A DNA stretch of 63,980 nt, counting the filler, from Choristocarpus tenellus KU-1152 (lineage: Eukaryota > Protista > Phaeophyceae): assembly GCA_964200185.2 (NCBI GenBank). It is 14 parts of 14 records of this genome, joined end to end, with 100 filler letters (N's around TTAATTAATTAA, not from the genome) between each part and the next. Parts side by side here need not be neighbours in the genome. Positions count along the whole stretch, not along the records: positions 1 to 3,485 come from CAXNAD020019706.1; positions 3,586 to 6,087 come from CAXNAD020027280.1; positions 6,188 to 10,581 come from CAXNAD020014764.1; positions 10,682 to 18,208 come from CAXNAD020006018.1; 10 more parts are not named here. One strand, given 5' to 3'. This document shows, in pieces, positions 1 through 11,599 of this stretch; within the stretch, counting starts at the first letter, position 1; the number at the start of each line of letters is the position of its first letter. Below the pieces are notes generated by a model. That model did not search any database and was not told the DNA's origin. It worked only from the letters and a program-made list of their open reading frames with translations. The translations under genes and the position numbers were made by a program.

Positions 1-599
1 AGACGCTGACCCCCCCGCCCTGTACACCATGCTACTCCTGCTAGTCTGAGGGGGGGTGTCCCCTGGAGGAGGCAGATCCTGTACAAGCTATAGCTCGAGG
101 TTCCACGAGCTTCTTTGATGCAGAGATGTCATTGCTAAAGGCCCTCCTCAGTGGGGAGGCTGTGGAACATCACTTGGAAAACAACTATTACACAGCCATA
201 GGGAGTGTTGTCATGCCTGTTGACGAGGATGGGAAAGCCTTGACGGGAATCAGGGCAACAGTGTAAGTACATGCTGAGGTTTACTCAAAGGCTGCTCTGC
301 TCAATGATAAGAGGTGCAGGTGTCGGGAGGAAGAGGAAGAGGATGAGGAGAAAAATATTACGCTGATTGATTGTTCCTTTGCTTTGGTACTGTGTCCAAA
401 TGTGTGTGTCCATTTGCTCTGGGCATGACTTTTTGCTGGCATGCATGCCAGAGGCGGGGAACTATTGATAGTAGTAGGCGATTTACACACTGACTTCTTG
501 GTGTGATGGCATCTATTGTGATCACTATTTAGCACATACTTGCACAGTTGTACCACAAGGAGTTCAACCGTTGCATTCAGCTGTTGCAGGAAGATTGCT

Positions 600-1080
600 C
601 TGATGGATTCCTTGATAGACACAAGATTCATCGTCATCCAAGTGCTTCATACTAGCAAGTTGTGACCTCTTCTTCCCCGGGATCCTATCTTTGATGCCAC
701 GGAAACAAGCAGTCATATTTTTGTCAGCCTGGTACAATTTATGTCTTACAGATTTCTTCATTACTTGACCAGTCTCATGTTTTAAGGAGCACTCGTCAAT
801 GCACAAGTTGGCACCCTGCCATGGTTCACCACGTGTTGCCACTGGTAGCAGAAATGAAAATATAGACAGGTGTTGTCCATTCGATTGTGTAAATTTATGT
901 ATCTTACTTTGAGTAAGCAACAACTTGGTGAGGGTCTTTACAATGATCTACCTCACAGACAGAAGAAAGATCAGGTTAATGTTAGGGAGGATAAGACATG
1001 CAGTGGATGTCAGGAGTCCCTTGGCATTGTTCCATGCAGGTCACTTGAGACACAACAAACACTCTTGCCATTGTGCATCA
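600..1080 (+). pseudogene. Possible decayed MULE-type transposase fragment (SWIM-like motif)
   Basis: VNVREDKTCSGCQESLGIVPCRSL resembles the SWIM CxC-x(n)-PCxH finger. Surrounding frames are broken by stops. Weak, by-eye match. Confidence 0.25.
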
Positions 1081-2113
1081 ACTGTTACTGTTGTATTTTG
1101 ACAGCAGCACGTTGATGCTATGTAAAATATTTATCCTCAGAGTACTACCACCATTGCAAACTGCCGATTCATTGTTTATTGTAGGTTATGCACACTCTAG
1201 GTTGCCCAGACAGGATCTGAATTTGATGTGTTACGTGATGATTGGGGTTGGGGATTGGATGGGCTCGATGTGACACTGTATTTTATTGTTTCCCCTTTTC
1301 CTGTAGGAGTTGGAGATGCGTAACAACGCTAATGACATCTTTCCCCCCAAGTATTGGGTATTAATGCTGATTAGATCTCGACACAACCTCTGTTTTTTGT
1401 TGTTCTTTTCTTAACTCTTGTCCTTTTTTTTGGTACCTTATAGTGTTGAGTTGTGGATCGTTTTTTGTATCGATTCAATTAGATCGAGTTTTTATCGAAA
1501 CCTAAAATTGAGGGATATTTTTTTATTGCTCATTTTCGCCATGAATGTATGTTTGTTGTCCACTGATATCTGCGATTCATGTATCTCCAATCGTACCCTA
1601 CGTATACTTTACGATAATAATCGAGTACTCGAAACGTTTCTAGGAAGATTCAGGAGAGATCGTAGTAAAATTGGTCGAAGATAGATGTGAGCTGTGTACG
1701 TTTCTTTTTTGGTCCTATTTTAACACATCGACCGACTTTTCTTCGTCACACAATCGTGGGATTTTCAGGTCTGTGTCATCATATGTTTCTTGGCTGCGTT
1801 CAGGTATGTGATGGACTTGATTTTATAGTAGAGGTATGGTAGCCATCTTCCAACTAAGGTGTACCTCTCAAGTGACCAACCTAGACAAGATGTAGTTCAA
1901 GGTTTGTTGCTTCATATGGCATCTGCACTTCCATGTTGAAGAATATATCGAGTGGTGTGAGTGGACGTTGCAAACCCCCCTCATTCACTTTTTGCCTCTT
2001 CGCTCTTCCCTGAGTAACCTTCTGAGGGGTTGCTCTCCCTCCTGCCTTCTCTCTCTTCCTCCCATCCCTGTCAGTCTGAAGAATCTGTCTGCCTGTTTTT
2101 ATCTCTTTCACAA

Positions 2114-2167
2114 TGGCAACATTGACTGGATTCGAACCTGTGCGTGGAAAGCGCAATTGGTTTCCAA
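2114..2167 (-). pseudogene. 3' half of a tRNA-Ser-like sequence ending in CCA (tRNA fragment or extended primer-binding site)
   Basis: Minus strand reads TTGGAAA-CCAAT-TGCGCTTTCCACGC-ACAGGTTCGAATCCAGT-CAATGTTG-CCA: anticodon loop, long variable arm, T-arm with B-box, acceptor 3' strand and CCA. No D-arm or 5' half is present. Confidence 0.75.
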
Positions 2168-2275
2168 CCTGCTACCTGTTTGCATCTGTTTTGATTCGCT
2201 CACGAATTCTGGATTATTCTTTTATTCAATGTTTACGTTCCACCCATTCCCCTGCTTCCCATTGTACCACCGCTT

Positions 2276-2500
2276 GTGACCAATCAGTGCAACCCCTTCG
2301 CCACTGATTTCCAGTCACCTCCCCCCCCTGCAATGACCAACCAATGGGAACCCCTTTCACCATTGATTTCCAGCCACCACCCACCTCCGATGACCAAACC
2401 AGTGTGAACACCCTTCACCACTGATTTCCAGTCACCCCCCACATCTGATGACCAACCAGTGCGACCCCTTTGCCACTGATTGCCTGTCACCACCCTACCC
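2276..2500 (+). repeat. Minisatellite of about 57 bp, 4 diverged copies
   Basis: Unit approximately TGACCAACCAGTGCGACCCCTTCGCCACTGATTTCCAGTCACCCCCACCTCTGA, starting near 2277, 2334, 2391 and 2449. Confidence 0.9.
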
Positions 2501-3074
2501 TTCAACCCAACTCAACACCACTCCACCATCATCCAAGAACACCCCTTCATCATCCACACCATACCGTGCCTTTGAACTAGAAGACATCTACCCCGCCCAA
2601 ACTTGACCTCCCCTCCGTTTTCCCAGCATCCCAATCGGTCGTGAGCAAGCCAAAGGGTGAGTGGCAGGAGAGCTTGCTAGGAGGTTGTCTTGTTCTAGCC
2701 CTCCTCGTCTTGTACCACCAGCCCTCGGTTTTCTTTACATACTGACCATTCCTTCTTACCTTGTGCCTCCACATACTAGCCACTTTAACCTCTCTCCTAC
2801 CTCTTCTACCTCCTAATAATTCAATACTTAACTCTTCGTTCACCCCTTTACTTTTTCTTTTTCCTTCCTCGCCTCTCCCTCCCCTGTACCACATTGCCAC
2901 CAGAATTCTCCCACCCAGAAAACTCAGATTACTTCTTAAACGTTTCCTTCGCGTACGTTAGTAGATAGTTATGTAGGTCGTGTTCGTCCCATTGTTTTCC
3001 TATAACAATAATAATGTATATGTAAAACTACTATGTATTTTCCATACAATAGTTGAGCCACACACCTAAGCGAG

Positions 3075-3485
3075 ATGGAGGACAAGCAGGCAGCCTGGCC
3101 CCTCAACTCCTGGTCCCTCTCCTCCCGGCTAGGCTATCTTGAGAGGGTCACTCCCCCCCTCCTGGCACGCTCCACCATGGAGCAAGCAGACAACACCTCC
3201 CTATGGACACTAGAGAGGATAATGGAGATAGCGACAGAGGTGACAGATTTCTTCGAGGGAGGGTGCGACAATGGGTCTCTCCGCCAAGAGACCCACCAAC
3301 AAGTACAGGCACAGATGCCTACAAGTGCGGGGGGTCTGGGCTTCTCCTCTATGAAACACAGCCAACATGTGACTTTCATAGGATCAATGGTGGCTACCCT
3401 ACCCACCCTCCTAGCAAGGCAGAAAGGGCCTCATGGCGAGTCCTTCTCACAAGCTTTATATACAAGCCCTACAATACAGGCCTTA
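3075..3485 (+). mobile_element. Non-LTR retrotransposon fragment, CRE-like region C-terminal to the reverse transcriptase
   Basis: SRLGYLERVTPP...QAQMPTSAGGLGFSS...FIGS matches the R-x-x-PP...QA-x-L-P-x3-GGLG...AF-x-GS thumb-region signature of early-branching non-LTR elements. Truncated by the contig end. Confidence 0.65.
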
Positions 3486-3585
3486 NNNNNNNNNNNNNNN
3501 NNNNNNNNNNNNNNNNNNNNNNNNNNNNNTTAATTAATTAANNNNNNNNNNNNNNNNNNNNNNNNNNNNNNNNNNNNNNNNNNNN
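3486..3585. other. Artificial contig spacer (N44-TTAATTAATTAA-N44), first of 13
   Basis: Identical 100-nt spacer with stops in all six frames recurs at 6088, 10582, 18209, 20964, 27445, 34032, 39031, 44312, 47048, 50883, 57443 and 61258. Confidence 0.98.
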
Positions 3586-6028
3586 AAGCCACCCGCCCAC
3601 CTCGCGCTCATCGTCTCCCCCCCCCGCTCAAAGCGTGGTGGATACTTTCTACGCTTGCGCCCCCCCCCCCCCCCCCCCCCCCCCTCAGAGTAGATTTCTG
3701 TGGCTCCTTCCTTCCAAAGACGTGTGCCCTATAGTAGTTCATACCAGGTGAATTGGTCATTCACGACTAACAGTGGGTTCAATATTTTATTCAGGATAAA
3801 CAACTTCACAAGCAAGACCCTAACCCCCCCCAACCCCTCCCCCAACTAAATTGCCAGTATTGTTCAACAGTCAACTTGAGCAACCCAGACAGTCTCAATA
3901 TTTTTTTGAAGGTGAAAACAATCCAAGGCAAGCAATACAACTGCGGTTGAACATGAGCCTCTCCTTCCTTTAAGTACCTTCCTGAGCACGAGGTCTATTT
4001 AGACGGGGGCTGTAAGAGTGTGATAAAAACCATTGTTGCTATTATTAGTAATAACATCAACAATAATGGAACCAGTATGGCACAAAGGTCAAACCTCCTA
4101 AAGGATATCTCCAAAAAACAGAGTTGTTCCAGAGAGCCCAGAGTGTATTGGGACTGGTTTAAAGCTATGATAAAAACAGTTACATATCCAGACACAACTG
4201 AAAAGACATGTCAGAAACTGAGTTGGAAAGGTAGGCAACACCTATTTTTGAGTACTACTTTGTCATGTGTCTCAGACGGAGATTTTTTTTTTACTGTCTC
4301 CCATCACCATGATTAGAGGGGTTAGGGTTAGGGTCTCTCTGCTTCATATATTCAATATTCAATATACATATATATATAATTCTTACCACATCAATTATTG
4401 GAGACTGTCCACTCGTTGCGTGTCATTCTAATGAATGCTCAGCGGATGCTCCCGGAAATCAAGTACTACTACTATATTAGCTAGGAAATCTCCTCCTCTT
4501 CCTCCTCCTCCTCGAAAGCACACACACACACACACAATCCCCTGTAAGTATCTTTGGGAACAGGGGAAACAAAAAAAAACTCTGACCCTTAAAGTTTTCA
4601 TACCTCTATTCAAAATATCGAAGGACTCATTCAAGTTACATCTAAACCTACATCTAACCCTAACCCTAACCAAAAGACACTATAAAAAAAAATGCTATCC
4701 ACGAACGTACCAAGTCATGGCTCTTCCTCTCACCTCCGTAACACGAAAAAACACACTACTGCAATCAAGAACCGGCAGGGATTGTACTCTAACCCTAACC
4801 CTAGAATAGCAGTACACAGGCATGTTTATGTTAGGGTCCCAATAGCAAGCCCCTCTTCAAAACTATATAGCGTCAGTAGCAGCGTAATTTTTGAGTGTCT
4901 ACACTGAGGTAGGTCCCATCTATCCCTAACCCTACAAACGGTAACGAGAGACACAATTCGCATTGGCACCTAAGGAAGGCGTATCTGTCATGATGTACCG
5001 CAGTGATAAGACTTGAAGGCATTTTACGGCTTAGTGCTGGTTAACCCAGTACACGCGATAGCTGCATGTAAGGTAGCTGCAAAAAATGGCACATGCCACT
5101 AAACTGTGTAAGCCACCCAGCCAGGACTACTATACTTACATGCGTACATAATACATACATACATACACACACATACATATGTGTATTTGAAGGAAGTTCA
5201 AAGCCAACAGGTTTGGGACAAGAAACCAACCGCATTGTGAGATAATTTCGATCCAACAGGTTTACTCTTGCTCCCCCCCCCCAAAAAAAAAAAAAAAAAA
5301 AAAAAAACAGGCCCCTTCCGACAACAATTTCAAACGACCAGAAAAAAACCACCTCCACCTGAAAGGGNNNNNNNNNNAAAACAAAAGAATTTGGAAAAAA
5401 AAAACAAACCAAATTGAGAAAAATTTTAAAACAAAAGGATTACAATAAACACCCCCACAAAAAAAAAAAAAAAAAAAAAAAAAAAATGTGGCTGTTTCGG
5501 ATAAGATTTTCAAGCGAGCAGGAAGAGCCTCCTTCCACGTAGAAGGCTCGTACCACTGTCAGCATCATCACAGACACGCGTTCACTTAGCAGCTTGAAGC
5601 AAATCAGTAAGGTAAGGCTGCGCGGATCCTACTCGCCCTCGATGCCAAGAACTGCTGACAATCCGTGTTGCATGCTACAGTCTCGGAGCATACCATACAC
5701 ACGCCAGAATGGTGGTGGAAAAAGTGAGAGAGATTTATCTGTCCAACAAAAAGAGAGTACTCTTGTTTGTTGCAACAGGTACATTCAATGCTTTGGTGGG
5801 AAAGCCGGACACCTTACTACACTCCATACCACAATTTGCTAGCACGAGAAAGCAATAACATGAATTGCCAAGCCTTTGATTGACAGAAAAGGGTACAAAC
5901 TGACTGAAGCACTATTGTTGCAATAGAACGAGGACGCAACTCTGCTTTTTTCTTTTTTATGAAGCGACACGGTATCATTTCAAGCCAGCGTTCGAAAAAA
6001 ATCAAGCACATGTAGCCTCTGCTTCTTT

Positions 6029-6080
<52 letters not shown>

Positions 6081-6187
6081 CCGCGGGNNNNNNNNNNNNN
6101 NNNNNNNNNNNNNNNNNNNNNNNNNNNNNNNTTAATTAATTAANNNNNNNNNNNNNNNNNNNNNNNNNNNNNNNNNNNNNNNNNNNN

Positions 6188-6710
6188 GGGGTGACTGGAA
6201 ATCAGGGGGAAGGGGTCGCACTGGTTGGTCATCAGAGGTGGGGAGTGACGGGAAATCAGTGGCGAAGGGGCCACAATGGTTGGTCATCAGACGTGGGGGG
6301 TGACTGGAAATCAGGGGCGAATGGGTTGCACTGGTTGGTCATTAGTGTCACAGGCGATATGTCTTGATGGCGGTTTAATAAACACCATTTTGACAATGAA
6401 GTTCTAGATTAGATATATTTGTACTTCTTAATTATTTATATATTATTTGGTCATTATGGTCCCCGATTGTGATAAGACATCGTGGATCAGTTCCTTTTTA
6501 TACCATGATATTTACGACAATCCAAGTGAGAGATCCAGCATACTTGACGAACTTGTGCATCAGGAGTCTATACGTACATCAGTATCATCTATAAGACCGT
6601 AGGTTGGAGCTATACATCCTGTGGAGGTGAGCTCTGAGAGGCACCTGTAACATTAGAGTTGGGGGATAAATAGAAAACCAGTGGCGAAGAGGTCGCACTG
6701 GGCTGGTCAG
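6188..6710 (-). repeat. Same 57-bp minisatellite as 2276-2500, reverse orientation, interrupted by a solo LTR
   Basis: GGTGACTGGAAATCAGTGGCGAAGGGGTCGCACTGGTTGGTCATCAGA occurs 3 times before 6345 and resumes in register after 6653. Confidence 0.85.
6346..6652. mobile_element. Solo LTR (307 bp) with 4-bp target site duplication
   Basis: Termini TGTCACAGG...CCTGTAACA (TG..CA, 8 of 9 inverted match), flanked on both sides by TTAG (6342-6345 and 6653-6656). AT-rich interior contains AATAAA. Confidence 0.8.
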
Positions 6711-7939
6711 AAGAGGGGATACATGGGGAAGGTAAGGAATGGGGAACTGACTGAATCGCAAACAAGGAATATGATCATAATACTAATCCAGAGTTTGTGA
6801 GCAAAACAAAATAACATAAGGTATGTTTCATTGGTTTTTCCCCCACAACATATCTGGAAAATGCCAGAGGGCATAATAAAAAATATATTAAGTGTGACAG
6901 ACAGGTCCCTTCTTGGGAGGTGATCTCAGTCCAGATACACATCCGCACACACACACAAGTGCATTGTGCGCACATTTCTTTGTCATTGGTGACTTTCCCG
7001 CCAACACCAAACACAATTTTTTTAGGACTCTCAGACCACTTGCAGTTGAACGTTCACAAAGATGGGATATCACCCGTCGGATCTGAGACCCCATCAAAAA
7101 CTTTCCTAAGATTTGATGACCGAGAGAGCTTTGGTTTTGCTGGAAGCACCCACCATGACACAACTGGTGATTCTGAACACCCCCCACGACTGATTGGATC
7201 CTGCCTCACTACAATGGTACTCACACCGACATGTCTAAAGGGGATTTCACCAAGTTAGAAGTCCATATCATGGCAACATCAAACAAAAATGTGGTCAAAG
7301 ACAGGTGTGAGTTTGAGGATGCAAAGGCAATACCCAACATTCTCTAGATAAGACTTCGTCACCTCCACCAAACCCACCTGGCACATCCGCAATCCTTACG
7401 ACTGATATAGTCGAAGGCATACCCTTGGAGACACACAGAAGCAAGAAAGGAGGCAACGGACAAACCAGGGTCCATTTCCATTTTGATACACCATTGGGGT
7501 ACCGGGTTGCGGTTCAGGGCGAAATTCGAGAGTATTATGAAGTATTGATGGAGGTCATAGAGGATAATGCCAGTCAGTACATACTCAGAGACTTGATACG
7601 AGGCAGCCTTCAAGATTTCGCGTTAGCCGCCTCAATCCTGACAGTCACGTTCAACCTGGTTGAAGTTACTCATGGACAGATAAGTACAGCACGTCGTTCT
7701 AGCCGCCATTTACGGTGAAAATTCTTTCTGCCAAAGACATTAAAGATACCAATTTTTTGAGGCAGATAAAGGAGGGAGACAAGGCGTAACTGTGTCTGAT
7801 TAGAGGACTTTTGGGGGGGGGGTCTTTCCTAGTTCATGGCATCTTACCCAGTTGTGAACAAATCTGTATTTGATAGGTTGTCACTCAAATAAGCTAACTA
7901 ATGATGCACTTGAGCAATAAATATATCGATAACGCTGAC

Positions 7940-9975
7940 ATCCCAGTCATTAAGCCAACCCAAAGACGATATTCAGTGGCTCAGAAAGAATGTCTGGCCG
8001 TCATCCTTGCCATAACACGTTGGCGCCCATATATTTGGGGCAAGCACTTTACCGTTGTAAGTGATCATTCGGCATTACGTTGGTTACATAAAATGCAAGA
8101 TACTTCCAATATGTTGACCAGGTGAGCCTTACCCTTACAAGCTTTTGATTTCACAGTTTTACATAAACCGGGATGTTTACACTATATTCCGGATATGTTA
8201 TCCCAGACATGGTTGGAGGAATTTATGTTGGATGAAACATCACTTCCACCTGCTCCACTGTGCCGCAATATAGACCAAACAGAGTCGGATGTCTCCACAC
8301 CCAAGGTTTACCCTGCATATGATCTATCAGTGGATAAACTAGGTGAATTACCAAACAGAGTCGGATGTCTCCACACCCAAGGTTTACCCTGCATATGATC
8401 TATCAGTGGATAAACTAGGTGAAATTACCAGAGTACAAAACGATATGGAACTATGCACTAGCACCGATAATGTTTTCCCAACAGTGGATCCTGAAGTACT
8501 ATTCAAAGCTCAACAAGCTTAATATGGAGACTATTTAAAATGTTTGGCTAATCCTGAAAGGCCATTTTACCAAAAAACGAAACAATGTATACCATGTCTT
8601 ACTTTTTCACAGAAGAAATGGAAGGCAAACGGATGTTATACAAATCGTATCAACCCGGTCAACTTCGAAGAAACGATAATTTCCGAGATCAATTAATGGC
8701 ACCCACTGAGGTATAAGGTATAATACTCCATACCCTCCTTCATGATCATAAGGTCTCAGGATACCTTGCATTCAAGCACACTTTTGACTGGATTCGTGAC
8801 CGTTTTTGGTGGGGCCCACTTTACATAATGATGTTCGAGCTTGGTGTGAAACATGTCAATCATGCCAGAGCCGCAAGACAACCCCTTCTAACGTATCAAA
8901 CCCTGCAGGGCATATGCCATTAACGCGCCCATTTCAGAGAGTGGCAATATGATTTGGTAAAATACAAAACTCAGAGAAAAATACCTATGTCTTGTCTGCT
9001 GTTGACCATTTAACGAGGTTTGCTTTGCTCAGTGCTATCCCTGACAAACGAGAGGCAACTGTAGCAATAGCATTAACAGAAGAGTGTTTTCTATTTTTGG
9101 CGCTCCAGAAACCTTATACTCTGTCCAAGGCAAGGAAGGAATTTGAAAATATACTGATCGTGGAACTTCAAAGGATCTATGGATGCAAGAAAACAAAAAC
9201 AACACCATATCGACCTCAAGGCAATAGCATTCTTGAAAGGATTCGTAATACAGTGCATGGCATGCCAGTGATGTATTCTAATATGAAACAATCGGATCAG
9301 GTGTCATTATTGCCTTTTGTGCAACTGGCTCACAATACCGCTTATAATACCGCTGTACAATAAATACCCTTTTATTTAATGTTTGGGAGACGTCCAACAT
9401 TACCAGTCGATATCATTTTGAGAGAGACAGAAAATTGGTGAGATGGCTTTGTGCAACGAGTCCAAGGCCACTGAACACACCATTACTATTTATGGAAGTG
9501 GTGCTAAGGTGTGGCTACACAAACCCCACACTTTGGAAGACGCTCCTAAACCCAAGTTTCTGTCCCCGTGGAGAGGACCATATGAGGTGAAATAGAGGAT
9601 AACTCCGGTAGTCAACCCTGTGAAGGCGCAGGCCGACTGTTGGGAAATCACTGTGCACATCGCACGACTTAAACACACAAAGAGGCCCACCCTCCTGAAC
9701 CAGACATTGACTCTCTTAATTCTTTTATTTTTGAGCATAATAATACCTGAATCAGATATAGAACAAGGTTCAAGCGTTCAACCAACTTTAGGGGCATACT
9801 TCGATGAGGGCATTGCAGACCATAAACCTGGAGTGGGTCGTAAATCCTCACATATCTATTCATATCGGCTTAGATTTAGATGTTTGCTCCATCCACTGAT
9901 GTCTGGCGGAAAGCAAAAGAACCTCCTCAGTTTACAGAGATGATTGAAGCATACAGATCACGACACAATCTGGAT
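7940..9975 (+). mobile_element. Degenerate Ty3/Gypsy pol: RNase H, integrase and chromodomain
   Basis: RNase H: QRRYSVAQKECLAVILAITRWRPYIWGKHFTVVSDHSALRWL. Zinc-binding region: HDH...CETCQSCQ. Core: AVDHLTRF...TTPYRPQGNSILER...AHNT...PFYLMFGR. GPY module: KFLSPWRGPY. Chromodomain-like: GIADHK...YRLRF/APSTDVW...EMIEAY. Many stops and frameshifts. Confidence 0.93.
8274..8430 (+). repeat. Near-perfect 76-bp tandem duplication inside the Gypsy pol
   Basis: ACCAAACAGAGTCGGATGTCTCC...AGGTGAATT starts at 8274 and again at 8350. Confidence 0.95.
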
Positions 9976-10707
9976 GTTTCTCCTGACCAAAGTGTACTGA
10001 CGCTTAAGTCTTCAAAAGCTCCCTGTGAGGGCTAAAGTATCTGGGAGGGGGGGGTTGCACTTGGGCATCCAAATGGGCCCTTGTATATGTGTTGGAAAAT
10101 TATATGAAAATGTTGTGAAAAAAGCGTATTGGAATATCTGGTTGATCTTTTTTGGGTGGAATATTGTATAGTCTGTATCTAGTGTATGTGCTTGGCGCTT
10201 TAGATGTTGGAAAATTAGCCTTTTTGGAGGTCGTCTTCTGGGGTGGGGTGTTTTTGTTGTTGGTTCGTTGTGTAGTGTGGATTGGGTTGGTCCATCTCTT
10301 TGGATTTATCGCTTTCATGGAGTGGGATTAATGTTATTTGAGGTAGGGGATTTAGGATTTGTCATTTCCAGCGTTAAGCAGTATGTGATTATCAATTGAC
10401 GGAGAGGGTCTCGTAATTTGGGAAGGGGTGTGAAGGACAAGTATTTGTTTGAATTCTATTTGAGTTAAGCGGGTGCGAGGGGATGAGTTGGCGACAGGTG
10501 CATTGCATTCGCGTTTGTGTAAGAGCCAAAGTATCTTAGAGGGTACAGCCGCGTCCATTTGGGGGCCAAAGTCCAATGTTGNNNNNNNNNNNNNNNNNNN
10601 NNNNNNNNNNNNNNNNNNNNNNNNNTTAATTAATTAANNNNNNNNNNNNNNNNNNNNNNNNNNNNNNNNNNNNNNNNNNNNAGAAGACACTGGATAGATG
10701 GAGGCCG

Positions 10708-10738
<31 letters not shown>

Positions 10739-11599
10739 GGTTTGCTCCCTAAAAAATGGTACCTGGGCATTGGGTGAAGTTGCACCATTCTTGGCAACAT
10801 CAAGTACACCTGCTTCCAGGAGCTTTGGAAGGGCTGTCACACCAATGGTTTCAACAGAGTGGATAGTCTGGGGAGCAGGGTAAAGCAAGACCAGTCGAGC
10901 AGGCAAAGCAGGAGTGATACACTTCAGAAGGATTCCAACAAGTGTTCCTTTACCTTGTTAATAAGAAAGGGGTCAAGGAGCACTGCACTAGAGCTTGCTG
11001 CAGATCAATGACTACAGGTGATGCACCACAACACTTCTGCGTTTTTTGTATTCCTATAAAACCAATATTTCTGTTGCATTGACTTGCCAATGGGCATGCC
11101 ATCCAAGAAATAAATGCTGAGCATCCTGACTACTAACACACAGTAATATTCTGACAATAATCATAGCAGTTCTTTCAGTAATAGTTGCGAATTATGGCTC
11201 TACTGGCGCACTTGAGGATGTATCCAGGTATCCAAAGAGTTTGTATTCCACCAGGATACCAACAGGATGAGTTGTCAGTGCAGTGAATCATCCTTTTGCA
11301 CCTACCCAATACAGAAGATCCTTGAGATTGTCCAACCCGTTTACTTGCCCACTAGGAGTAGCCTCCACCTCGTGCTTGCATCTGGAGAGCACAAACAATG
11401 CAGTTTGAAGCAAGCTCTATGTACACGTCAAGTGAATACGAACACTTGCTGAGGACTATGTGGTACCACAGCTTACTTCTCCTAGGGACCAATACATATA
11501 GCCCATAAGGCCGTCAACAAGACATCCACTGAACATTCTCCATGGTTGTGAGCATGTAGCTGGCTACAGGATTATCTTATGTTTGGAGAGATGCGTTTA

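Noticed and set aside
1270-1810. AT-rich segment faintly resembling the solo LTR at 6346-6652
   Set aside because: There are only short patchy matches, and no TG..CA boundary with a TSD could be fixed.
2114-2167. Functional tRNA-Ser gene
   Set aside because: The 5' acceptor strand, D-arm and most of the 5' anticodon stem are missing.
2276-2500. 57-bp array as a CRISPR-like array
   Set aside because: Whole units are homologous with no unique spacers, there are no cas genes, and the context is eukaryotic.
3530-3541. Regularly recurring TTAATTAATTAA motif, superficially like a repeat array
   Set aside because: It is always centred in N runs of fixed length, so it is an artificial six-frame-stop contig linker.
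6034-6087. Long poly-C/poly-G runs near contig ends
   Set aside because: They are probably real short homopolymers inflated by sequencing error, so their lengths are unreliable.
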